From positions 242,298,001 through 242,362,000 of the forward strand of contig NC_086097.1 in the NCBI RefSeq assembly GCF_963921235.1: DNA of 64,000 nt, written 5' to 3'. Origin of the DNA: Mobula hypostoma (taxonomy: Eukaryota). Position numbers and translations under genes: made by a program. The first letter of the stretch is position 1; every line of letters begins with the position of its first letter. The notes beneath the pieces are model-generated. The model was not told the DNA's origin, did no database searches, and worked only from the letters and a program-made list of their open reading frames with translations. Of the stretch, positions 37,521 to 46,666 are shown one piece after another.

Positions 37521-39965
37521 CAGGAAATTAGAAATGTGTGCAATAAAGGAACAGCAGTTATAATGGGTGACTTCAATCTACATGTAGATTGGGTGAACCA
37601 AATTGGTAAAGGTGCTGAGGAAGAGGATTTCTTGGAATGTATGCGGGATGGTTTTTTGAACCAACATGTCGAGGAACCAACTGGAGAGCAGGCTATTCTG
37701 GACTGGGTTTTGAGCAATGAGGAAGGGTTAATTAGCAATCTTGTCGTGAGAGGCCCCTTGGGTAAGAGTGACCATAATATGGTGGAATTCTTCATTAAGA
37801 TGGAGAGTGACATAGTTAATTCAGAAACAAAGGTTCTGAACTTAAAGAGGGGTAACTTTGAAGGTATGAGACGTGAATTAGCTAAGATAGACTGGCAAAT
37901 GACACTTAAAGGATTGACGGTGGATATGCAATGGCAAGCATTTAAAGGTTGCATGGATGAACTACAACAATTGTTCATCCCGGTTTGGCAAAAGAATAAA
38001 TCAAGGAAGGTAGTGCACCCATGGCTGACAAGAGAAATTAGGGATAGTATCAATTCCAAAGAAGAAGCATACAAATTAGCCAGAGAAAGTGGCTCACCTG
38101 AGGACTGGGAGAAATTCAGAGTTCAGCAGAGGAGGACAAAGGGCTTAATTAGGAAGGGGAAAAAAGATTATGAGAGAAAACTGGCAGGGAACATAAAAAC
38201 GAACTGTAAAAGCTTTTATAGATATGTAAAAAGGAAAAGACTGGTAAAGACAAATGTAGGTCCCCTGCAGACAGAAACAGGTGAATTGATTATGGGGAGC
38301 AAGGACATGGCAGACCAATTGAATAATTACTTTGGTTCTGTCTTCACTAAGGAGGACATAAATAATCTTCCAGAAATAGTAGGGGACAGAGGGTCCAGTG
38401 AGATGGAGGAACTGAGCGAAATACATGTTAGTAGGGAAGTGGTGTTAGGTAAATTGAAGGGACTGAAGGCAGATAAATCCCCAGGGCCAGATGGTCTGCA
38501 TCCTAGAGTGCTTAAGGAAGTAGCCCAAGAAATAGTGGATGCATTAGTGATAATTTTTCAAAACTCGTTAGATTCTGGACTAGTTCCTAAGGATTGGAGG
38601 GTGGCTAATGTAACCCCACTTTTTAAAAAAGGAGGGAGAGAGAAACCGGGGAATTATAGACCGGTTAGCCTAATGGCGGTAGTGGGGAAACTGCTGGAGT
38701 CAGTTATCAAGGATGTGATAACAGCACATTTGGAAAGCGGTGAAATGATCGGACAAAGTCAGCATGGATTTGTGAAAGGAAAATCATGTCTGACGAATCT
38801 CATAGAATTTTTTGAGGATGTAACTAGTAGAGTGGATAGGGGAGAACCAGTGGATGTGGTATATTTGGATTTTCAAAAGGCTTTTGACAAGGTCCCACAC
38901 AGGAGATTAGTGTGCAAACTTAAAACACATGGTATTGGTGGTAAGGTATTGGTGTGGGTGGAGAATTGGTTAGCAGACAGGAAGCAAAGAGTGGGAATAA
39001 ACGGGACCTTTTCAGAATGGCAGGCGGTGACTAGTGGGGTACCGCAAGGCTCAGTGCTGGGACCCCAGTTGTTTACAATATATATTAATGACTTGGATGA
39101 GGGAATTAAATGCAGCATCTCCAAGTTTGCGGATGACACGAAGCTGGGTGGCAGTGTTAGCTGTGAGGAGGATGCTAAGAGGATGCAGGGTGACTTGGAT
39201 AGGTTGGGTGAGTGGGCAAATTCATGGCAGATGCAATTTAATGTGGATAAATGTGAAGTTATCCACTTTGGTGGCAAAAATAGGAAAACAGATTATTATC
39301 TGAATGGTGGCCGATTAGGAAAAGGGGAGGTGCAACGAGACCTGGGTGTCATTATACACCAGTCATTGAAAGTGGGCATGCAGGTACAGCAGGCTGTGAA
39401 AAAGGCGAATGGTATGCTGGCTTTTATAGCAAGAAGATTCGAGTACAGGAGCAGGGAGGTACTACTGCAGTTGTACAAGGCCTTGGTGAGACCACACCTG
39501 GAGTATTGTGTGCAGTTTTGGTCCCCTAATCTGAGGAAAGACATTCTTGCCATAGAGGGAGTACAAAGAAGGTTCACCAGATTGATTCCTGGGATGGCAG
39601 GACTTTCATATGAAGAAAGACTGGATGAACTGGGCTTGTACTCGTTGGAATTTAGAAGATTGAGGGGGGATCTGATTGAAACGTATAAGATCCTAAAGGG
39701 ATTGGACAGGCTAGATGCAGGAAGATTGTTCCCGATGTTGGGGAAGTCCAGAATGAGGGGTCACAGTTTGAGGATAGAGGGGAAGCCTTTTAGGACCGAG
39801 ATTAGGAAAAACTTCTTCACACAGAGAGTGGTGAATCTGTGGAATTCTCTGCCACAGGAAACAGTTGAGGCCAGTTCATTGGCTATATTTAAGAGGGAGT
39901 TAGATATGGCCCTTGTGGCTAAAGGGATCGGGGGGTATGGAGGGAAGGCTGGGGCGGGGTTCTGA
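37521..39965 (+). CDS. CR1 ORF2 (partial APE endonuclease plus complete reverse transcriptase), 814 uninterrupted codons
   Basis: IMGDFN, LDWVLSN, SDHN, KSPGPDGLHP, NYRPVSL, YLDFQKAFDKVPH, GVPQGSVLGP, YINDL, FADD; the first 38 aa of the listed 852-aa ORF come from flanking sequence. Confidence 0.9.
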   Translation, partial: QEIRNVCNKGTAVIMGDFNLHVDWVNQIGKGAEEEDFLECMRDGFLNQHVEEPTGEQAILDWVLSNEEGLISNLVVRGPLGKSDHNMVEFFIKMESDIVNSETKVLNLKRGNFEGMRRELAKIDWQMTLKGLTVDMQWQAFKGCMDELQQLFIPVWQKNKSRKVVHPWLTREIRDSINSKEEAYKLARESGSPEDWEKFRVQQRRTKGLIRKGKKDYERKLAGNIKTNCKSFYRYVKRKRLVKTNVGPLQTETGELIMGSKDMADQLNNYFGSVFTKEDINNLPEIVGDRGSSEMEELSEIHVSREVVLGKLKGLKADKSPGPDGLHPRVLKEVAQEIVDALVIIFQNSLDSGLVPKDWRVANVTPLFKKGGREKPGNYRPVSLMAVVGKLLESVIKDVITAHLESGEMIGQSQHGFVKGKSCLTNLIEFFEDVTSRVDRGEPVDVVYLDFQKAFDKVPHRRLVCKLKTHGIGGKVLVWVENWLADRKQRVGINGTFSEWQAVTSGVPQGSVLGPQLFTIYINDLDEGIKCSISKFADDTKLGGSVSCEEDAKRMQGDLDRLGEWANSWQMQFNVDKCEVIHFGGKNRKTDYYLNGGRLGKGEVQRDLGVIIHQSLKVGMQVQQAVKKANGMLAFIARRFEYRSREVLLQLYKALVRPHLEYCVQFWSPNLRKDILAIEGVQRRFTRLIPGMAGLSYEERLDELGLYSLEFRRLRGDLIETYKILKGLDRLDAGRLFPMLGKSRMRGHSLRIEGKPFRTEIRKNFFTQRVVNLWNSLPQETVEASSLAIFKRELDMALVAKGIGGYGGKAGAGF

Positions 39966-40060
39966 GTTGGATGATCAGCCATGATCATAATAAATGGCGG
40001 TGCAGGCTCGAAGGGTCGAATGGCCTACTCCTGCACCTATTTTCTATGTTTCTATGTTTC
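37521..40060 (+). mobile_element. Young CR1 LINE, 5'-truncated within the endonuclease domain
   Basis: (TTTCTATG)n tail, TAAA TSD at 37517-37520 and 40061-40064; inserted into an antisense CR1 3' end. Confidence 0.97.
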
Positions 40061-40504
40061 TAAATGTTGAAATCGAGCTCGTATGCACTACTTGCACTGG
40101 CAGCTCATTCCGCTCTCCCACCACCTTCTGAGTGAAGAGGTTCCCCTCCATGTTCCCCTTAAACTTTTCAGCTTTCTCCATTAACCCATGACCTCTAGTT
40201 GCAGTCCCACCCAACCCCAGTGGAAAAAGCCTGCTTGTATTCGATTTGTAATTCAGGGAGTGGGAAGCACAGAATCAAATATCGTTGTGATGATTGTGTG
40301 TTCTAGTATCAATTGTTTAGCGACAGTAAAGTATGAAGTATTTACCCTATCTATGCCCCTCATAATTTTGGATACCATTCTCAAACCCCCCTTCAATCTT
40401 CTACGTTGCAAGGAGTGATGTCCTAACCTATTCAATCTTTCCTTATAACGCACGTCCTCCAGATCCGGCAACATCCGGTTTGCAGGAAAATAGCTATTCC
40501 TGAA

Positions 40505-41480
40505 GCTAATAGTCCGGTGCTTCAGATTTCTGTATTTCTTTCAAACAGCAGCTGTGAGAAGGGTGCATGATCGGATGGTGGGGGTTCTTGGTGGCAGATG
40601 CAGCCATCTTGAGACCGTGACCCCTGGAGCTGCTGTCAGTGGTGGGAAAGGCATTGCCCACGATGGACTGGGCTGCGTTCACAACACTCTGCAGCTCCTT
40701 GCATCCCCCTGCGTTGGAATGGCCGCAACAGGCTGTAACGGTTATCTCGAAATGAACAAAAACCACTGGGAGTCTAAGCAGGGGGTTGACAATGGATGAC
40801 GCAATAAACCCAGTAATGAAGTTCCAAGTCAAAGGAAGTATGTTTGATTCTTTGTTAAGAAACCTGCAAAGGCGAACAATTTTACAACAGTAAAAAAAAT
40901 TAATGAAACTAAAACCAGCAATATAACAAAATATCAATATTAGCAGCAAGTGTTCTTAGGCAGTCAACAAAAAGTATCATTCCGAGGCTCCCTGGCTCTA
41001 CCCAGACTAAACTTGACCCAAGACAAAGTGTGAATACAACTATAGCTTTTGCTGCCACCACACCCCGATCCATGTGACAAATTTCCCATAATAAACGTGC
41101 AACGCGAAGTACCACACAGTCAGGCAGAAAATAGATACGTGGTTCTTACACAGGCTATGATGCAACCAGTCAGGATAGTTTCAACAGTGCTTCTTTAGAG
41201 GTTTGTTGGAGTACTTGAGGACATGCCAAATCTTCTTAAGCTTCTCAGAATGCAGAGCCTGCTTTTGTGATTGCAGCCTCATGTTGGGCCAACGGCAGAT
41301 CACCACTCAGATATCTGAAGCCACTTTTCACCTCTGACTCACCAATGAGAACCGGCGCATGGTCTGCCAACTTCCCCTTTCTGAAATCAACTGTCAGTTC
41401 CTTGGTTTTGTTGACGTTAAGCTTGATGTTGTGACACCACTCAACTGAATTTTCTATCTCACTCCTCTATGCTGACTCAT
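40505..41480 (-). mobile_element. Old Rex1/Babar-type LINE fragment split by an LTR-like insertion
   Basis: CKELQSVVNAAQSIVG..; sequence resumes at 41151 (CAGGCTATGATGCAACCAGTCAGG). Confidence 0.7.
40734..41150. mobile_element. Putative solo LTR (417 bp)
   Basis: TGTAA...TTACA termini; exact 5-bp TSD CAGGC at 40729-40733 and 41151-41155. Confidence 0.75.
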
Positions 41481-41482
41481 TA

Positions 41483-42945
41483 TAAGACCATAAGACATAG
41501 GAGCAGAATTAGCCATCGAGTATCCTGCGTCATTCCATCATGGCCGATTTATTATCCCTCTCAACCCCATTCTCCTGCCTTCTCTCCATAACCTGACTAA
41601 TCAAGAACCTATCAAACTCCACTTTAAATATACCCAGTGACAGGGTCTCCACAGCCCCACAGCCGTCGATGGTCATCAGTTCCACAGACTCACCACCCTC
41701 TGGCTAAAGGAGTTCTTCCTCATCTCTGATCTAGAGGGGCGTCCTTCTATTCTGAGGCTACGTCCACACGAGACTGGATAATTTTGAAACGCCGGTTTCA
41801 CGTAAAAACGGCAGGCGTCCACACCAAGAGTTTTTGAAAATACCTCCGTCCACGTTAAAGCGGGTATTTGGACGAATCTCCTTCCACTGGGCGTGCACAG
41901 GACACATCTACAGAAAACAAGCGACATGTTTGTTGTCGAATCTCGCTGTGAAAGTGCGCGCTTGTACAGTTACAGACTAGAAAAACTTAAAAGGAATTGC
42001 TGTTGGCTCTCTCGCAGGAGGACTTAAAACTAAAAAAAAACAAATACTGGAGCGTATGGAGGCAACCGACAGGGAGTTCACGGACAGTATGACCCGGCTG
42101 ACGACGAACATTGAAAAACTGACTAACGCTGTTGCATTAATAAAGCACTTTAAATGTATAAAACATGTCTGCACCAGTGTTATCTTGTATTTCCATACAA
42201 TGTTACATTAGGCTGTTACACATCTATTGTCAGAGAAGTATTTGCATAAATAGGTAAACCACCTTTATACAAGCAAGGACAGAAAACAGGGCAAAGTGAG
42301 TATACTTATTTATTCAGAAAGCTATGGGTCAAAGTATTTGGTGAGTACATTTCCAACTCTTCTGGCTTCAGTCTCGTTGCCGTCTGTTCTGAAATTGTTA
42401 GGTTGTGCGGGGAGGTTGTGTTCAAGAAAACAATGAAATGCGGTGCTGCTGCCATCTGTTCCGGCACGTCATGACAGCGGTTTTAAAAATATCCGTTTAC
42501 CCCGTCCACACTGCTCTGCACAATCGGCGTTTTCAAATTTACACACTCTGGAGGACGTTCTAGAAAATCTCCGTTCTCGGGGGAGGAAAATGCTGTTTCA
42601 ATGTGGACAGAGGGTCAAAACGAAGAGAAAAAGCTTCGGTTACGGATTTATCCAGTCTAGTGTGGACGCAGCCTGAGACTGTACCATCTGATCCTAGACT
42701 CCCCCACTTGAGAAAACATCCTCTCCATGTCCACTCTACCTAGGCCTTTCAATATTCGATAGGTTTCAATGAGATCCCCCCTCATTCTTCTAAATTCCAG
42801 TGAGTACAAGGCCAGAGCCATCAATCTCCCCTCATACTTTAACCCTTTCATTCCCAGGATCATTCTCCTGAATCTCCTCTGGACCCTCTCGAAAGCCAGC
42901 ATATCCATTCAAAGACCAAGGGACAAAAGCTGCTCACAATACTTC
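41483..42945 (-). mobile_element. CR1 LINE 3' fragment hosting a Harbinger element
   Basis: ORFs 41676.. (MRKNSFSQRVVSLWN) and 42657..42908 (LYSLEFRRMRGDLIETY) rejoin across the insert. Confidence 0.85.
41756..42673. mobile_element. PIF/Harbinger non-autonomous element, complete (918 bp)
   Basis: TIRs GGCTACGTCCACACGAGACTGGATAA / TTATCCAGTCTAGTGTGGACGCAGCC (24/26); 3-bp TSD TGA; subterminal CGTCCAC repeats. Confidence 0.88.
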
Positions 42946-43239
42946 AATACAGCGCTTATAACTCATTACCCATTGTTCAGACAACAACAGTGATGTCATC
43001 AGCGAATTAATAGATGCGTTGTCAGAATCAGGTTTGTTATCACCGGCATGTGTCGTGAAATTTGTTAACACACGTTGTGTACACACTTGTGGGTGTAAAA
43101 GGAGTAAAGAAGTGGGGGGGCTAGACAAGAAGTCTTGAGGTGCACCTGTGTTAATAAGGAGAAGATATTGTTACCAATCCGTACAGATTCAGATCTGCCG
43201 ATGAGGAAGTCAAGGCACAAACAAGAGAAAATCTGCAGA

Positions 43240-43833
43240 GCAACACACATCAAAGTTGCTGGTGAACACAGCAGGCCAGGCAGCATCTCTAGGAAGAGGT
43301 ACAGTCGACGTTTCAGGCCGAGACCCTTCGTCAGGACTAACTGAAAGAAGAGCTAGTAAGAGATTTGAAAGTGGGAAGGGGAGGGGGAGATCCGAAATGA
43401 TAGGAGAAGACAGGAGGGGGAGGGATGGAGCCAAGAGCTGGACAGGTGATTGGCAAAGGGGATATGAGAGGATCATGGGACAGGAGGTCCGAGGAGAAAG
43501 ACAAGGGGGGAGGAACCCAGAGGATGGGCAAGGGGTATAGTCAGAGGGACAGAGGGAGAAAAAGGAGAGAGAGAAAGAATGTGTGTATATAAATAAATAA
43601 CGGATGGGGTACGAGGGGGATGTGGGGCATTAGTGGAAGTTAGAGAAGTCAATGTTCATGCCATCAGGTTGGAGGCTACCCAGACGGAATATAAGGTGTT
43701 GTTTCTCCAACCTGAGTATGGCTTCATCTTTACAGTAGAGGAGGCCGTGGATAGACATGTCAGAATGGGAATGGGATGTGGAATTAAAATGTGTGGCCAC
43801 TGGGAGATCCTGCTTTCTCTGGCGGACAGAGCG
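43240..43833 (-). mobile_element. Young Penelope-like 3' fragment inserted into an older related terminal repeat (43217-44040)
   Basis: RSVRQRKQDLPVATHFN...GSLQPDGMNIDFSNFH*; TSD AAA(A/G)TCTGCAGA at 43228-43239 and 43834-43845. Confidence 0.85.
43303..43338 (-). ncRNA. Minimal type I hammerhead ribozyme motif
   Basis: Reverse complement is identical to 21051-21086. Confidence 0.8.
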
Positions 43834-43926
43834 AAAGTCTGCAGATGCTGGAAATCCAAAGCAACACACACAAAATGCTGGAGGAAGTCAGCAGGCCAGG
43901 CAGCATCTATGTGGAAAAAAAAGTAC

Positions 43927-43962
43927 AGTTGACGTTTCGGGCCGAGACCCTTCGGCAGGACT
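43927..43962 (-). ncRNA. Hammerhead motif with core substitution (CUGCCGA), probably inactive
   Basis: Reverse complement AGTC-CTGCCGA-AGGGTCTCGGCCC-GAAA-CGTC-AACT. Confidence 0.55.
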
Positions 43963-44837
43963 GGAGAAAATAAAAGCTGAGGAGTAGATTGAAAAGGTAG
44001 GGGGAGGGGAGAGAGGAGAGAGGTGATAGGTGAATTGTGAAGGGCGGGGGGATGGAGTAGCCAAGGATCCACTTGAAAAGGGAGGCACAGAGGCCCAGGT
44101 TTGGGAGCTTGCACGAGTACGCACTGAGGGACGCACAAAAGCTCCGTGCAGCCACCGCGAGGGCTCGGTGAGGGAGTGCCATGGCACAGGGTTCTTCTAC
44201 TCGACAGGGAGGCATTGCGTCGGGTGAGAAAGCCCCCAGATTATTGTAATGGTGTGCCACCCGAGGGGGCCACAGGAGTATGGAAACCCATTCATAGTGT
44301 GGAAACTGCATTGCAACGGACAGGAAGGCTCCTGAGTGGGTGGTCAAAACTGTCCAATGCATCATTGGCACTGGCCTACTCTCCACCAGGGGCATGTATA
44401 TAGGAAGGTGCCAGAAAAGGGCCAGTAATATCATGAAGGATCCCACCCACCCCGCTCATGGACTGCTTGTCCCACTCCCATCAGGGAGGAGGCTACGTAG
44501 CCTCCACGGCAAAACACCAGACTCAATAACTGTTACTTTCCCGAGCAGTAAGGTTAATCAACACCTCCACCCACTGACCCAGCCCTCCACACCCTCAACC
44601 ACCACTACTTTATCATTTCCTGTCAGTCACTCCAGTGCCCAGCGTCACTTCATGGACATACAATTGATCTATGTACATAAGCTAGCTTATGTATTTATAT
44701 TTATTGTGCTTTTTGTTCATGTGTTTTTATCTTATTCTGTTTTTTTTTCAGTCTTGTTTACACCTGTGTACTGGAAATAACATTAGGCAATCATTGAAGC
44801 TTGAACAGTCCTGTTAGTTTTGAGGAGTGTAATCGAG

Positions 44838-45205
44838 GGCGATGGGGTGGAGACACGTCCCTACCTAAGGAGGTGTAAGGCGCTCCTTTCCTCCGCTAGC
44901 CTGCAGGTCATCCTTGGACAAGGTGTAGCACCTGCTTAGCCTAACCCACCCCGATCGGGGTCACGTGAAACCACGGGAACAGGTGGTGGATGGTCGTACG
45001 AGCAGCCGGTGCAGATCACAAGTCCCAGTTATGCCACCACGGACACCAGGCAGACAATCTCTGATAATGGCCGGGGTAACCCATCTTGTAAGGGCACCGC
45101 CCAGAAGAAGGCAATGGCAAACCACTTCTGCGGAAAAATTTGCCAAGAACAGTCCTGGTCATGGAAAGGCCCGGATCGCCCAAGTCAGTACAGAATGGTG
45201 ATGAA
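44838..45205 (+). mobile_element. RTE-related SINE-like element
   Basis: Contains AGAAGGCAATGGCAAACCACTTCTG...TTTGCCAAGAA, a motif typical of BovB/RTE-mobilised SINEs; GC-rich head; no ORF recognised. Confidence 0.5.
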
Positions 45206-45599
45206 TAGTAATTTAATGCACAGATTGAGTGTATGAATGGAAGGTATTGCAAGGTTTGTTCTTCTAATTTTATAATATTATGGACAAAGTATATTTTGAG
45301 TTAAAAATAGGCCAGGCTGATTTAGAGGCCGTTCATCTTTATTCCTCTCTATTGATGCTGCCTAACCTGCTGAGTTCCTCCAGCACTGTGTGTGTGTGTT
45401 ACCCTGGGTTTCAAAGTTCAAAGTAAATTGTATTATCAAAGTCATATATGTCAGCATATACAACCATATTCATTTTCCTGTGGGCATACTCAGCAAATCT
45501 ATGGAATAGTAATTCTTCGCAGGATAAATGAAAGATCAACCACAGTGCATTAGACTGTGCAAAATGCAAGTAAGAATAAAATGCAATAAATAATGAGAA

Positions 45600-46030
45600 C
45601 ACGAGAATCTCCGTGTCTGTCATTTGCATCTCTCCCGGATCACTGGGACCCGTGCACGATCCGGATTCCGCACGTCACCTGGGACCCGTGCACGAACCAG
45701 ATTCCGCGCGCCCCCGGCCGGAGCCGTGCACGACCCGGCGAGCCGCACACACTGTACTGCACTCCGCCGGCCTGGCCACGCAGCGCCCCTCCTCCCGGGG
45801 AGCCCGGGAACCGCCTGTCACTCAAGCAGCTCTCGCGAGGCCGCGCAGGCTGCGCTCGGGGTGCGCGGCGTCTGCTGGCGAGTGCCGGCGGTGAGGGTCC
45901 CGGCACTCCGCGTCCTGCCCGATGGTCTGCGGTCCGGGCTCCTTCGCACGATCCGCTGAGCTGGCATGAGGAACAGCCGTGAGTATCCAGAGCGAGTGCT
46001 ACTTTGCATGGAGGCGGTGCCTGAAGGAAG
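45600..46030 (+). promoter_or_regulatory. CpG-island promoter
   Basis: Only strongly GC/CpG-rich non-repeat island in the window; ATTTGCAT (45622-45629), CTGTCACTCA PBX/PKNOX-type decamer (45815-45824), TCTCGCGAGG CGCG/BANP-like element (45831-45840). Confidence 0.75.
45966..45978 (+). CDS. Candidate first coding exon segment (M-R-N-S-, phase 1) of an unidentified host gene
   Basis: GGC-ATG (purine at -3) followed by consensus donor GTGAGT at 45979-45984 at the 3' edge of the CpG island. Confidence 0.4.
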
Positions 46031-46574
46031 GTTCCCTTTCCTTCCTCCAGGCTGGAGATATAATTCCAACCTTGCATGATTTGCAGGAGTGACATTTCTA
46101 GCAATGACACTGTTAATTAGTTTTGCAAAGTTGCATTTACTTTGTGAAATGTGGCTGTTGCTTTATGAAATGAACTGTGTCATTGAGAGAATGGTTGCGT
46201 CCTTTTATAATCCAACACTCAAAGGTCTGGATTATGGTTTTAAAAGTTGGCGATTTACTTTTAAAAAGCATTTTTTTCACGTAAGGGGAGCAGTGTCACA
46301 GGGGACACTTTATTGTGCCTATGGAGTTCTCGCCCTTCGTGGACTCCCCAATCTCTCGCCCAACAGCTGTCTGTCTGTGTCTCTTCCATTCTGGCCCCTT
46401 GATCTTCCGAGAATGCAATCGTTCCTCTACAGATGACTGTTCATTTTGCTCGCCCTGGTCCGAGGTTCATGAATTCTGTCCCTGAATATTTCCACTCTCT
46501 TTCTTGTATAAAATGCTCCTCTCCAGAATGCGTCGCTACGTGACCCTAAGCCAATTGATAACACTACTGAGTAA

Positions 46575-46666
46575 CGTGCAAAATGCTGGAGCAGCTATCA
46601 AGTCATGCAGCATCTATGCAAAGGCATAAAGCGCCGACGTTTCGGGCCGAGACCCTTCATCAGGAT
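46575..46666 (-). mobile_element. Short Penelope-like terminal-repeat fragment with intact hammerhead core boxes
   Basis: Reverse complement ATC-CTGATGA-AGGGTCTCGGCCC-GAAA-CGTC-GGCG; helix I disrupted by truncation. Confidence 0.65.

Noticed and set aside
40740..40880. Strong minus-strand splice acceptor (TTCGCCTTTGCAG|G) as a host exon
   Set aside because: Lies inside the TSD-flanked LTR-like insertion; no recognisable peptide
44850..44945. HDV-like ribozyme at the head of the RTE-related SINE (and at 33280-33373)
   Set aside because: A consistent P1/P1.1/P2/P3 double pseudoknot could not be assembled by eye; an RNArobo or Infernal search would be needed
45593..46110. Overlapping 80-156 aa ORFs in the CpG island
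   Set aside because: Expected in GC-rich, stop-poor sequence; Arg/Pro/Ala-rich with no recognisable domain; the 45593 ATG lies in a repeat
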